Origin: Heptranchias perlo
Taxonomy: Eukaryota
Assembly: GCF_035084215.1 (NCBI RefSeq)
Contig: NW_027139581.1
Coordinates: 3,100,001-3,164,000 of the forward strand
DNA: 64,000 nt
Direction: 5' to 3'
The notes under the pieces: model-generated
Told to the model about the DNA's origin: nothing
The model's database searches: none
Seen by the model: the letters and a program-made list of their open reading frames with translations, nothing else
In this document: piece by piece, positions 23,004-34,422 of the stretch
How the letters are laid out: each line of letters opens with the position of its first letter
Position numbering within the stretch: position 1 is the stretch's first letter
Program-made: the position numbers and the translations under genes

Positions 23004-23696
23004 TCCCTCATTTATTTTATTCTCACTCTGCTCACAGGGGGTTTCTCACCATTTTCTCCTCTCCTCTCCTGAAGGTCCCGACTCCCACTGGGGTCACAGA
23101 TCCATAGGCTGTGGTCAAGCTCCAAGACCAGTTAAGTGGCAACTCTTCACCCGTCAGTCGGGGCAGTGAGTGGCAGCAGGATATTTGACTGCAGAAGCAT
23201 CACACATTGGTTGGGAGGGGATCACACTCACCTGTTACAGCCCTCACCCCTACAGTGGAGTAATTAACAGACTGGGTTTAGTGTTTAGAGATCCCGGGCC
23301 TGTTACCGATACCTTCCCTGGATACTGAGGTTAGGTGAAGGAATCTGGGAGGTATGGAGAGCTGGGACTTGTCCATGAGAGTAACTGAAGGTATGAGAAC
23401 TGAAATAATCCAGAGTGAGAAAGGAGAAAGATCCAAAAATGGAACAGTGGGTAACAGGACGTCAAATAGTCTCCTCGTACCTTGGAGAACTCAAGGAGTT
23501 GACACACTGTGTGTTTGAAGCAAAGCTGATTGATTTCACATGTATTAAATTGCAGCGTGTTACCGATCCCTTCCCTGGATACCACGGCTACATGTCATTA
23601 ACATCAGCAGAAACAATCCCCAACTGCAAAAATGAACATGGTTCAGTCCTGGATGTGATTAACAGCGGCAATAGCAGCAGAATCCAACCACTGCAG

Positions 23697-24482
23697 TCAA
23701 TTGTGGACTCGCTGGTGTGACAGGAGGTGGGATGACTGAGTGAATCCCTTCCCACACACGGAACAGGTGAACGGCCTCTCCCCAGTGTGAAGTCGCTGGT
23801 GTCTCAGCAAGTGGGATGACTGAGTGAATCCCTTCCCACATGCGGAGCAGGTGAACGGCCTCTCCCCAGTGTGAGTACGTTGGTGTTTCAGCAGATGCTT
23901 AGTGCTTTTAAAGCTCTTCTCACAGTCAGAACATTTAAAGGGTCTCTTATTGGTGTGAACAAGTTGGTGTTTACTGAGGCTGGCTGAAAAACTGAATTTG
24001 CTTCCACACACGGAGCAGGTGAACGGCCTCTCCCCAGTATGAACTCGCTGGTGTCTCAACAGGTTGGAAGCCTGAGTGAATCCCTTCCCACACACAGAGC
24101 AGAGGTACGGCCTCTCTGCAGTGTGAACTCGCTGGTGTGTCAGTAGGTGGCAAGACTGAGTGAATCGCTTCTCACACACGGAGCAGGTGAACGGTCTCTC
24201 CCCAGTGTGAACTCGCTGGTGTGTCAACAGATCCTTTGTGTTTTTAAAGCTCTTCTCACACTCAGAACATTTAATCGGTCTCTTATCAATGTGAACAATT
24301 TTGTGTTCAATGAGGTGGGATGATTTCGTGAATCCCTTCCCACACACGGAGCAGATGAACGGCCTCTCCCCAGTGTGACTGCGTCGATGAGTTTCGAGCT
24401 GGGACGGGCAATTGAATCCCTTCCCACAGTCCCCACATTCCCACGGCCTCTCCCCTCTGTGAATGGTGCTTTTTCCTTCCAT
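23697..24482 (-). CDS. C2H2 zinc-finger protein ZNF-3: 261 aa, 9 fingers, no effector domain
   Basis: ATG in AGT-ATG-G context at 24482: [23 protein letters not shown]... Acceptor CTCCTTTTACAG ends at 24592. The conserved 3'UTR follows. Confidence 0.9.
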   Translation of the reverse strand: MEGKSTIHRGERPWECGDCGKGFNCPSQLETHRRSHTGERPFICSVCGKGFTKSSHLIEHKIVHIDKRPIKCSECEKSFKNTKDLLTHQRVHTGERPFTCSVCEKRFTQSCHLLTHQRVHTAERPYLCSVCGKGFTQASNLLRHQRVHTGERPFTCSVCGSKFSFSASLSKHQLVHTNKRPFKCSDCEKSFKSTKHLLKHQRTHTGERPFTCSACGKGFTQSSHLLRHQRLHTGERPFTCSVCGKGFTQSSHLLSHQRVHN

Positions 24483-24812
24483 ACTCAAAGGCCGATGATA
24501 TTCAGGTCCTGATGAATCGAGTGTCTCTATCAGATCTTGACGTGATGTTTGATTTGAGTTTCTGGTCTGTTAATCCTCCCCTTCTAGTGCCCTGTAAAAG
24601 GAGTTTACAAAAGTCATCACTGCAAATACAGGATAGAAATTCAGAACAGACAATTCCAGTTTCAATGGAACATTCTTTCATCTCTTGTTCCCCCAAAGCT
24701 GTAAATCCCCGTCCCACACACTCTCCCTCCTCCCTCTGCTGAAATCCAAACCCATCGCACCATTTCTAAATTCCATACTCCATATCCAGTTTTCTCACTC
24801 CCACTACTCCGG

Positions 24813-25025
24813 CTGGGTTCAGTTCTACACTCACTGGTTCCCCTCTCTCTCCTCCCCTGAAGGTGCTGACTCTGACTGGGTTCAGTTCTACACTCACAGG
24901 TTCCCCTCTCTCTCCTGCCCTGAAGGTGCTGATTCTGACTGGGTTCAGTTCTACACTCACTGGTTCCTCTCTCTCTCCTCCCCTGAAGGTGCTGACTCTG
25001 ACTGGGTTCAGTTCTATAATGACTG
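24813..25025. repeat. 63-bp tandem repeat, about 3.3 units, in the ZNF-3 upstream intron
   Basis: CTGGGTTCAGTTCTACACTCACTGGTTCCCCTCTCTCTCCTCCCCTGAAGGTGCTGACTCTGA. Essentially single-copy at ~4395-4455 and, inverted, at ~12725-12800. Confidence 0.9.
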
Positions 25026-25289
25026 GTTTCTCCTCCTGAAGAGATGAGGTAAGTTACGGTCTGAGAATTGATGATCTTCAGTGGTGGGGACATGGTCGAG
25101 GGGGAAGTAGCAGGAGTTGTCTCTCTTTAAGGAAAGGGTTAATCAGACTGGCAACAGAGCTTTGCAAACTGCCTTGAAGTGAACTGATGAAAAGCGCTGA
25201 TATAATATTGCTGATGATTTGTCTTTATATTTTTGTTATGTTGATTTTTAGCCTGTGTGTTAAATAGGTAAGTATGTTTCTCTAACACC

Positions 25290-25640
25290 CCCTGACTCGT
25301 CTCCATTTCTCTTCGTTTATAGACGATCCCTGACGCATGATTTCTCCTTCATTTCCGGAAGCTGCCTGCTCCAACATGATTTCTCCATCATTTAAAGACG
25401 CTCCCTGACCCATCATGATTTTCCTTCGACAAAAAAGCTCCTTGACACATTGTTATTTTTCTTTCATTTACAGACGCTGCCTGATGCATCATGATTTCAC
25501 CTTCAATTGCAGACACTCCCAGATCATCACCATTTCTCCTTTATTTACAGACACTCCCTCAACCCATCACTTTTTCTCCTTCATTTGCAGACGCTCCTTT
25601 ACCGTCACCGTTTCTCATCGTTTACAGACGCTCCCTGACA
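25290..25640. repeat. Degenerate ~35-45-bp tandem repeat (CATGATTTCTCCTTCATTTACAGACGCTCCCTGAC-like)
   Basis: Recurring TTT(A/G)CAGAC(G/A)CTCCC core about 8 times. Confidence 0.7.
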
Positions 25641-25721
25641 GTCCTGCAGTTTGGCGCATGCGCGGGGCCCAGGGGCCGCTTGCTGCGTTTCAGCTTGAAC
25701 CGACGGGTCACTAACGGGGGA

Positions 25722-25862
25722 AAGGGGGATAATGGAGGGGGGGTAATGGAGGGGGGGTAATGGAGGGGGGGTAATGGAGGGGGGATAATGGAGGGGGGGT
25801 AGTGGAGGGGGGGTAATGGAGGGGGGATAATGGAGGGGGGGTAATGGAGGGGGGGATAATGC
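25722..25862. repeat. 14-15-bp G-rich minisatellite (GGGGGGGGTAATGGA), G-quadruplex-prone
   Basis: About 9 units with G6-G8 runs. A single-copy homolog GGTAGTGGAGGGGGGATAATGCCG lies at ~5423-5446. Confidence 0.9.
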
Positions 25863-26240
25863 CGCCTGTTTTCTCTCGGGTCCTGGGCCCGACACTCGGT
25901 GTTTCTGGGCCCTGCGATCCCCGCCCTTTATTAACCCGCTCTCTCCAGCTCTTTCCCCTCAGTCGCCATCCGCCTGCAGCGCATGCTCAGCTCACACTGC
26001 CCGGGTGATTGACGGGAGCTCCCGGCCAATAGGAAGAGAGGGGGCGGGTCTGGAGGACCGAGCGGGTACGGGTCCTCCAACCAATGGGAGTGAGTGAGGG
26101 GCGGGACTTGCGGCACCGAGTGGGCGGGGCTGAGCCCGGATCTCCCTCATTGGCTGAAACTCTGCAACATTTTTCAACCTGATTGAAATCAAACTCCAGG
26201 AGAAATCTGGCCCTTTCTGTTGTGGCTTCAAACAAATGGA
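25860..26240 (-). promoter_or_regulatory. CpG promoter module B upstream of ZNF-3
   Basis: Colinear with 5440-5600 joined to 6040-6280. CCAAT (~26026, ~26081), GC boxes, GCGCATGC. Confidence 0.7.
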
Positions 26241-26344
26241 TCAATTCAGGACAGAGAGGGGGGAGTAATGGGTGAATAACACAGTGTAGTTAATAAATAA
26301 AAATAAAAAGAACACAATGTCGTGAGTGCCAACAGGTGGGAAAA

Positions 26345-26730
26345 CATTCATCAGTCTTTTTAAAGGGACAGTAACATGCATCAGGCTTTTTAAAAAGACG
26401 GTAACATTCATCAGGCTTTTTGAAGGGACAGTAACATGCATCAGGCTTTTTAAAAAGACGGTAACATTCATCAGGCTTTTTGAAGGGACAGTAACATGCA
26501 TCAGGCTTTTTAAAAAGACGGTAACATTCATCAGGCTTTTTAAAGGGACAGTAACATGCATCAGGCTTTTTAAAAAGACGGTAACATTCATCAGGCTTTT
26601 TAAAGGGACAGTAACATGCATCAGGCTTTTAAAAAGACGGTAACATTCATCAGGCTTTTTAAAGGGACAGTGACAGTCAACTGGCTTTTTAAAGGGACGG
26701 TAATGTTTCTCCGGCTTTTTAAAGAGACAG
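26345..26730. repeat. 30-bp minisatellite with an alternating A/B (60-bp) higher-order unit
   Basis: TTTT(A/G)AAGGGACAGTAACATGCATCAGGC alternates with TTTTAAAAAGACGGTAACATTCATCAGGC. Confidence 0.92.
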
Positions 26731-26789
26731 TACATCTGTAAACCAGAATGAAAGAGACAGGATCTTCCCCCTTATCCTTCTTTATTCCA

Positions 26790-27112
26790 ATTACCTTCCC
26801 TCCATCATAAGGTCAGAAGTGGGGATGTTCGCTGATGATTGCACAGTGTTCAGTTCCATTCGCAACCCCTCAGATAAATGAAGCAATCTGAGCCCGCATG
26901 CACCAAGACCTGGGCAATATCCAGGTTTGGGTTGATAAGGGGCAAGTAATATTCGCGCCAGACATGTGGCAGACAATGACAATCTCGAACAAGAGAGAGT
27001 CTAACCACCTCCCCTTCACATTCAACGGCATTACCATCGCCGAATCCCCCACCATCAACATCCTGGGGGAAACCATTGACCAGAAACTAAACTGGACCAG
27101 CCACATAAATAC
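26790..27112 (+). mobile_element. RT fragment of the second LINE family
   Basis: LPSIIRSEVGMFADDCTVFSSI (FADD motif), then ...ILGETIDQKLNWTSHIN. Confidence 0.75.
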
Positions 27113-27199
27113 TAACCACCAGCCCGAACCACTAACCCCAATCCTCAATCCTACCCACCAGCCCGAACCACTGACCCCAATCCTCAATCCTGACCACAA

Positions 27200-30100
27200 G
27201 TTAGAGTGATGGAGCACGGAGTAGCAGCTATCGACGGAGTCTGGTTTCGACAGAGTCTATAATTGGGAATTTGGTGAGTGAGGGGATTCAGTGCAGTAAG
27301 GAGTGAGGTGCATTTGATTAGTCAGGGGAGAGGAGCGGACCGAGAGCGGAGAGGAGCGGACCGAGAGGGGAGAGGAGCGGACCGAGAGCGGAGAGGAGCG
27401 GACCAAGAGCGGAGAGGAGCAGACCGAGAGCGGAGAGGAGCGGACCGAGAGCGGAGAGGAGCGGACCGAGAGGGGAGAGGAGCGGACCGAGAGCGGAGAG
27501 GAGCGGACCGAGAGCGGAGAGGAGCGGACCGATAGTGGAGAGGAGCGGACCGAGAGCGGAGAGGAGAGCGGAGCGGAGAGGAGAGCGGAGCGGACCGAGA
27601 GCGGGTCACAGCAACAACAAAACCAAACTGCAGTGTGATGTCCCAGGTAAGACAGTTCGGTGGTTGGTGGTGAGTATCTCTTCTGTTTTCTTCTTTCGTA
27701 GGACTGTGGGCTCAGGAACTTACAGCATAAAACTGCATTTTAAAAAAATAAACTTAATTTAATAAATTAAACAAGGCCAGTACTTGGTTCAACCTAAAAA
27801 TAATTTGATGGGCATTGTAGTAATCAATTAAATAAATAAAATAGTTATGACAGGGCAGGAGATGTGTTGCAGCTGCAATATGTTGGAGCTACTGGACAGT
27901 TTTGTCCAGGGCGACTACATCTGCGGTAAGTATCTGCAGCTCGAGGATCTTCGGCTCCGAGTTGAGGAGCTGGAGTCTGAGATGCAGACATTGCGATGCA
28001 TCAGGGAGGGAGAACGTTACCTGGACACTTTGATCCAGGAGGCAGTCACGCCCCTTAGTCTTAATACTGTAGAATTGGCACGTGGTCAGGGACAGGAGGG
28101 TGTGACTGCGAGTGAGCCGGGTACGGGGATCCAGGAGGTAGCATTGCAGGAGCCTCAGCCTCTGCGCTTGTCCAATAGATACGAGGTTCTTGAAGGACGA
28201 GTGCAGGGACTGGAGGGAGGATGAGCAAACTGGCCACGGCACCGTGGTTCAGGGGGCCATTCAAGTGGGGGGAGTAAAATGGAATGTGGTTGTCGTAGGC
28301 GACAGTATAGTTAGAGGGATAGACACTGTTCTCTGCAGCCAAGAGCGAGAGTCCCGAAGGCTGTGTTGCCTACCCGGTGCCAGGGTTAAGGACATCTCCT
28401 CAGGGCTGGAGAGAAACTTGGAGTGGGAGGGGGCGGATCCAGTTGTCGTGGTCCACGTAGGTACCAACGACATAGGTAGGACTAAGAAAGAGGTTCTGCT
28501 GAGGGAGTTTGAGCAGCGAGGGACCAAATTAAAAAGCAGAACCATAGAGGTGATAATCTCCGGATTATTACCTGAGCCACGAGCAAATTAACACAGGGTA
28601 AATCAGATCAGAGAGATGAATGTGTGGTTCAATGATTGGTGTGGGAGAAGTGGGTTTCGATTCATGGGGCACTGTCACCAGTACTGGGGAAAGAGGGAGC
28701 TGTTCCGTTGGGATGGTCTTCATCTGAACCATGCTGGGACCAGTGTCCTGGCAAAACGAATAATTAGGGCGGTAGAGAAGGCTTTAAACTAAATAGAGGG
28801 GCGGAGGACGCAGGTGGGGCGAAGTTTAGATTGATAAAGAGAAAAGACAAGGAAGTAGTGCAGGAAAGTGATGGGGGTAATGACAAACAGAGTGTGTCAG
28901 GAAGGGACAGACTGTACAACACGAGCAAATGGGACCGGGGTAGGAAAGAATGGTAAAAAGACAAAATTAAAGGTTCTTTATCTGAATGCGCGCAGCATTC
29001 GTAATAAGATAGATGAATTGACGGCACAAAGAGAAACAAATGGGTATGATCTCGTGGCCGTTACAGTGACGTGGTTGCAAGATGACCAAGGTTGGGAGCT
29101 CAATATTCAGGGTAATTTAACATTTCGGAAGGATAGGAAAAAAGGTAAAGGTGGTGGGGTAGCTCTGTTAATAAAGGATGAAATTGGTATAATAGTGAGA
29201 AATGATCTTGGCTCAGCAGATCAAGATGTCGAATCAATTTGGGTGGAGGTCAGAAATAGCAAGGGAAAGAAATCACTGGTGGGAGTAGTATATAGGCCCC
29301 CGAACAGTAGCTACACTGTAGGGCAAAATATAAATCAGGAAATCAGGGGGGCTTGTAAAGAAAAGGTAATGCAATAATCATGAGCGATTTTAACTTTCAC
29401 TTAGATTGGACAAAACATATTGGAAAAAAATAGCCCTGAGGAGGAGTGCATAGAGTGTATTATGGACTGTTTCTTAGACCAATACGTCGAGGAACCAACC
29501 AGGGAACAGGCCATTTTGGATCTGGTAATGGGTAACAAAACAGGATTAATTAGTTATCTGAAAGTAAAGGAACCCTTGGGAAGCAGCGATCATAACATGA
29601 CAGAATTTCACATCCAGTTTGAGAGCGAGGATCTTGGGTCTGAAACTATTGTATTAAACTTAATTAAGGGCAATTATAGAGGAATGAGGGTGGAACTGAC
29701 TGAAGTGGACTGGGTGAACAGGTTAGATGGTATGATGGTGCATAAGCAGTGGCAAACATTTAAAGAGATATTTTATAACTCGCAACAACATATGTCCCTG
29801 TGAGGAGGAAAGTCTCCACAAAAAGGGTGAACCAACCATGCCTAAATAAGGAAGTAAAGGATGGTATCAGGTTAAAAGAAAAAGCATACAACATGGCAAA
29901 GATTACTGGTAAGCATGAAGACTGGGAAAAATTTAAAAACCAGCAAAGGATGACGAAAATAATAATACAGAGGGAGAAAATAAATGATGAGAGTAAACTA
30001 ACAAAAAATATAAAAACTGACAGTAAAAACTTCGACAAGAAAATAAAAAGGAAGAGGGCAGCGAAAGTAAACATTGGTCCCTTAGAGGGTGAGACTGGGA

Positions 30101-31830
30101 GAATAATAATGGAAAACAAGGAAATGGCACAGAAATTGAACATATATTTTGTATCAGTCTTCACAGTAGAAGACACTAATAACCGAGAAATAATAATAGA
30201 AAATCAAGGGGCAAAGGGGAGTGAGGAACCTCAAACAATCACTATCACTGGAGAAAAAGTGCGTGGTAAACTAATGGGTCTAAAGGCTGACAAGTCCCCT
30301 GGACCTGATGGCTTTCATCCGAGTGTCTGAAAGGAAGTGGATATAGAGATAGTGGATGAATTGTTCGGAATTTTCCAGAATTCACTAGATTCTGGAAAGG
30401 TCTCAGCGGATTGGAAAACCGCAAACGTAACACCCCTATTCAAGAAGGGAGTGAGACAGAAAGCAGATAACTACAGACCAGTTAGCCGAACATCTGTTTT
30501 TGGGAAAATGCAAGAATCCATTATTAAGGAAGTAGTAGCAGGACATTTGGAGAATCAAACTACAGTCAAGGAGAGTCAACATGGTCTTATGAAGGGGAAG
30601 TGATGTCTGACAAATTTATTAAAGTTCTTTGAGGAAGTAACGGGCAGGGTGGATAAAGGGGAACCAATGGATGCAGTATATTTGGATTTCCAAAAAACAT
30701 TAGATAAGGTGCCACATAAAAGGTTACTGCACAAGATAAGAGCTCATGGTGTTGGTGGTAATATACTGGCATGAATAGAAGATTGGCTAATTAACATAAA
30801 ACAAAGAGTCGGGATAAAAGGGTCATTTTCAAAATGGCAATCTGTAACTAGTGGGGTGCCGCAGGGATCTGTGCTGGGGCCTCAACTATTTACAATATAT
30901 ATCAATGACTTGGATGCAGGAACATAGTGTCTTGTGTCCAAATTTGATGATGATACAAAGATAGGTGGAAAAGCAAGTTGGGATGAGGACACAACGTGTC
31001 AGCCAAGGGATATTGACGGGTTAAGTGAATGGGCAAAAATTAGGCAGATGGATTATTAGGTGGGAAAATGTGAATTCATCCACTTTGGGAGAAATACTAC
31101 AAATTGCTGCAGTAAAGAGGGATCTGGGTGTCCTCGTACATTAAACATAATAAGTCAACATACAGGTGCAGCAGGTAATCCGGAAGGCAAATTGAATATT
31201 GGCCTTTAATTCTAGGGGGATGGAGTATAAAAGCAGGGATGTCATTCGACAACCTCACAGGGTGCTGGAGAGACCAGACCTGGAGCACAGCGTACAGTTC
31301 TGGTGCCCTTATTTTAAGAAGGACATAACTGCATTTGAGGCAGTTCAGAGAAGGTTAACTCGGTTGATTCCGGGCATGTAAGGGTTGCCTTTTGAGGAAA
31401 GATTGAACAGGTTGGGTCTATACTCATTGAAGTTTAGAAGAATGAGAGGAGATCTTATTGGAACATACAAGATTCTGAGGGACTCGATAGGGTAGATGCT
31501 GAGAGGATGTTACCCCTCATGGGGGAATCTAAAACGAGGGGGCATAGTCTCAGAATAAGGGTTCGACCATTTGAGATGGAAATGAGGATGAATTTCTTCT
31601 CCAAGAGGGTCTTGAATCTTTGGAATTCTTTACCCTATAAAGCTGTGGAGGCTGAGTCATTGAATAAATTCAAGGCTGAGTTAGACAATTTTTTCATCAG
31701 CAAGGGAGTCAAAGGATATGGGGAAAGGGCGGGAAAGTGGAGTTGAGGGAAAAATCCGATCAGCCATGATCTCATTGAATGGCGGAGCAGGCTCGAGGGG
31801 CCGAATGGCCTACTCCTGCTCCTGTCTCTC
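27200..31830 (+). mobile_element. Near-full-length CR1 LINE (5'UTR, ORF1 with Cys motif/coiled coil + SGNH esterase, ORF2 APE-RT), inactivated by stops and frameshifts
   Basis: ORF1 at ~27847-28790: CCSCNM..YICGK..LRVEELE, VVVGDSIVRG, VVHVGTNDI, DGLHL. ORF2 from ~28960: [47 protein letters not shown]. Tail GCTCGAGGGGCCGAATGGCCTACTCCTGCTCC. Confidence 0.92.
27325..27603. repeat. 21-bp minisatellite (GAGAGGAGCGGACCGAGAGCG) in the CR1 5'UTR
   Basis: About 12 near-perfect units. Confidence 0.92.
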
Positions 31831-31837
31831 ATGATCT

Positions 31838-32658
31838 TATCACCACTTTATACCCTGTACATCACCACTTTATACACTGTGCATCTCCACTTTATACCCT
31901 GTACATCACCACTTTATACCCTGTACATCTCCACTTTATACCCTGTACATCACCACTTTATACCCTGTACATCACCACTTTATACCCTGTACATCTCCAC
32001 TTTATACCCGGTACATCTCCACTTAATACCCTGTACATCACCACTTTATACACTTTGCATCTCCACTTTATACCCTGTACATCACCACTTTATACCCTGT
32101 ACATCACCACTTTATACCCGGTACATCACCACTTTATACCCTGAACATCACCACTTTATACCCTGTACATCACCACTTTATACCCTGTACATCACCACTT
32201 TATACCCTGTACATCACCACTTTATACCCTGTACATCACCATTTTATACCCTGAACATCACCACTTTATACCCTGTACATCACCACTTTATACCCTGTAC
32301 ATCACCACTTTATACCCTGAACATCACCACTTTATACACTGTACATCACCACTTTATACCCTGTACATCACCACTTTATACCCTGTACATCACCACTTTA
32401 TACACTGTGCATCTCCACTTTATACCCTGTACATCACCACTTTATACCCTGTACATCACCACTTTATACCCTGTACATCACCACTTTATACCCTGAACAT
32501 CACCACTTTATACCCTGTACATCACCACTTTATACCCTGTACATCCCCACTTTATACCCTGTACATCACCACATTATACCCGGTACATCTCCACCTTATA
32601 CCCTGTACATCTCCACCTGATACCCGATACATCACCACTTTATACCCTGTACATCAAC
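31838..32658. repeat. 22-bp minisatellite (ACATCACCACTTTATACCCTGT), about 37 units
   Basis: Direct periodicity, starting right after the CR1 tail. Confidence 0.95.
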
Positions 32659-32689
32659 GCATTGTTCAAATAGTTTTCAATTAAGTAGA

Positions 32690-34078
32690 GATGAAGCAGG
32701 AAATTATAAACCCATTCGTCTGTGATCAATTGTGGGGAAGTTAGTAGAATCTGTTATTCGGGACAGAGTGACTGAGCATCTGGAAAAATTGGAGCTGATC
32801 AGAGAGAGCAGCATGGATTTGTAAAGGGTAAGTCATGTCGAATGAACCCCTAGTTAAATTTTTTGAGGAGGTAATTAATGTGGTCGGCAATGGCGTGTCT
32901 CTGGATGTTATTTATATGGACTTTCAGAAGACGTTCGATAAGGTTCCACAAAGGAGTTTGTTAATAAAATCGAGAGTGCATGGAATTGGAGGCAATCTAT
33001 TGGCTTGTACAGGGAATTGGTTCGGAGTTAGAAGACAGCGAGTAGGTTTAATGAGTCTGTAATCCAATCAGCAGGATGTGACTCGTGGTGTCCCCAGTGA
33101 ACTGTACTGGGACCGCAGCTTTTCACTGTATTTATAAATGACTTGGATGAAGGAATATAGAAGCGTATATCTTAGTTTACTGACGACATCAAGTCAGGTA
33201 GCACAATAAATATTGTAGATGGGAGCATATAGTTGCAAAGGGACATTGATAGATTAAGTGAATGGGCAAAACTGTGACAGATGGAGTTCAAAGTTGGAAA
33301 GTGTGAGGTCATCCGCTTTGGTCCGAAGAAAGATCAGGGTAATTTCTGAATGGCGAGAAGCTGGGAACTGTGGAAGTGCCGCGAGATTTTGGGGTCGAAG
33401 TACAGAAATCATTAAAAGCTGATGGACAGGTACAAAAACTAATTGAAAAGACTAATGGAACGTTGGGCCTGATCACAAAAGGCTGGAATACAAAAGGGTG
33501 GAAGTTATGTTGCAGTTGTACAGAGCTCTGGTCAGACCCCAGCTGGAGACTGCGTTCAGTTCTGGGCACCGCATCTCAGGAAGGATATTTGGCCTCGGAG
33601 GGGGTGCAGCACAGATTCACCAGAATGTTATCGGGGTTAAACGGTTAAATGATGAGGACAGGTTGCACAGACTAGGCTTGTATTCTCTTGAATATAGAAG
33701 ATTAAGGGGTGATCTAATTGATGTTTAAGATGATTAAACGATTTGATAGGGTAGATGGAGAGAAACTATTTCTTCTGGTGGGCTAGTCCATGACAAGGGA
33801 GCATAATCTTAAAATGAGAGGTTCAGGGGTGATGTCAGGAAGCATTTCTTCACACAAAGGGAGTGGAAATCTGGAACCCTCTCCCCCAAAAGCTGTTGAT
33901 GCCGGGGGTCAATAGAAAATTACAAAACTGAGATTGATAGATTTTTGTTGGGCGAGGGTATTAAGGGTTGAAAAACCAGGGGGTAAATGGAGTTGAGATA
34001 CAGAAAAGCCATGATCTAATTGAACGGAGGAATAGGCTCGAGGGGCTGATTGGCCGACTCCTGTTCCTCTGTTCCTAA
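32690..34078 (+). mobile_element. Degenerate CR1 RT fragment with 3' tail
   Basis: FFEEV..LDVIYMDFQKTFDKVP, EVMLQLYRALVRPQLE, RRLRGDLI. Tail at ~34035-34078. Confidence 0.85.
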
Positions 34079-34422
34079 GGAGACGTTAAATGATTATTAA
34101 AATATGATTCTCTGGTCCTCACACCACGGGCTGCATGTGTGCCCCGCCCGCCCGCTTTGTGTAAACACATGAAACAAGAGCCTGGCGGACGGGAGCTTCA
34201 TACACCCGCCCCAGGCCGCACCAGAGGACTGAGCGGGGCTAAAAACCAGCAGGAATCAAGCGGGACTGAGCTCCGCGGACTTCCCCACCTCTACCGTCCC
34301 TGTTAGTCAGTAAATCAGGGCGGTGAAGGATGTAAACCGGCCTCACTGTGTTTGTATCACAGAGATGAGGGGATTGGGCAGAACACCAGACCAACACCTT
34401 GTAATGATGGAAAGTCTTCTCA

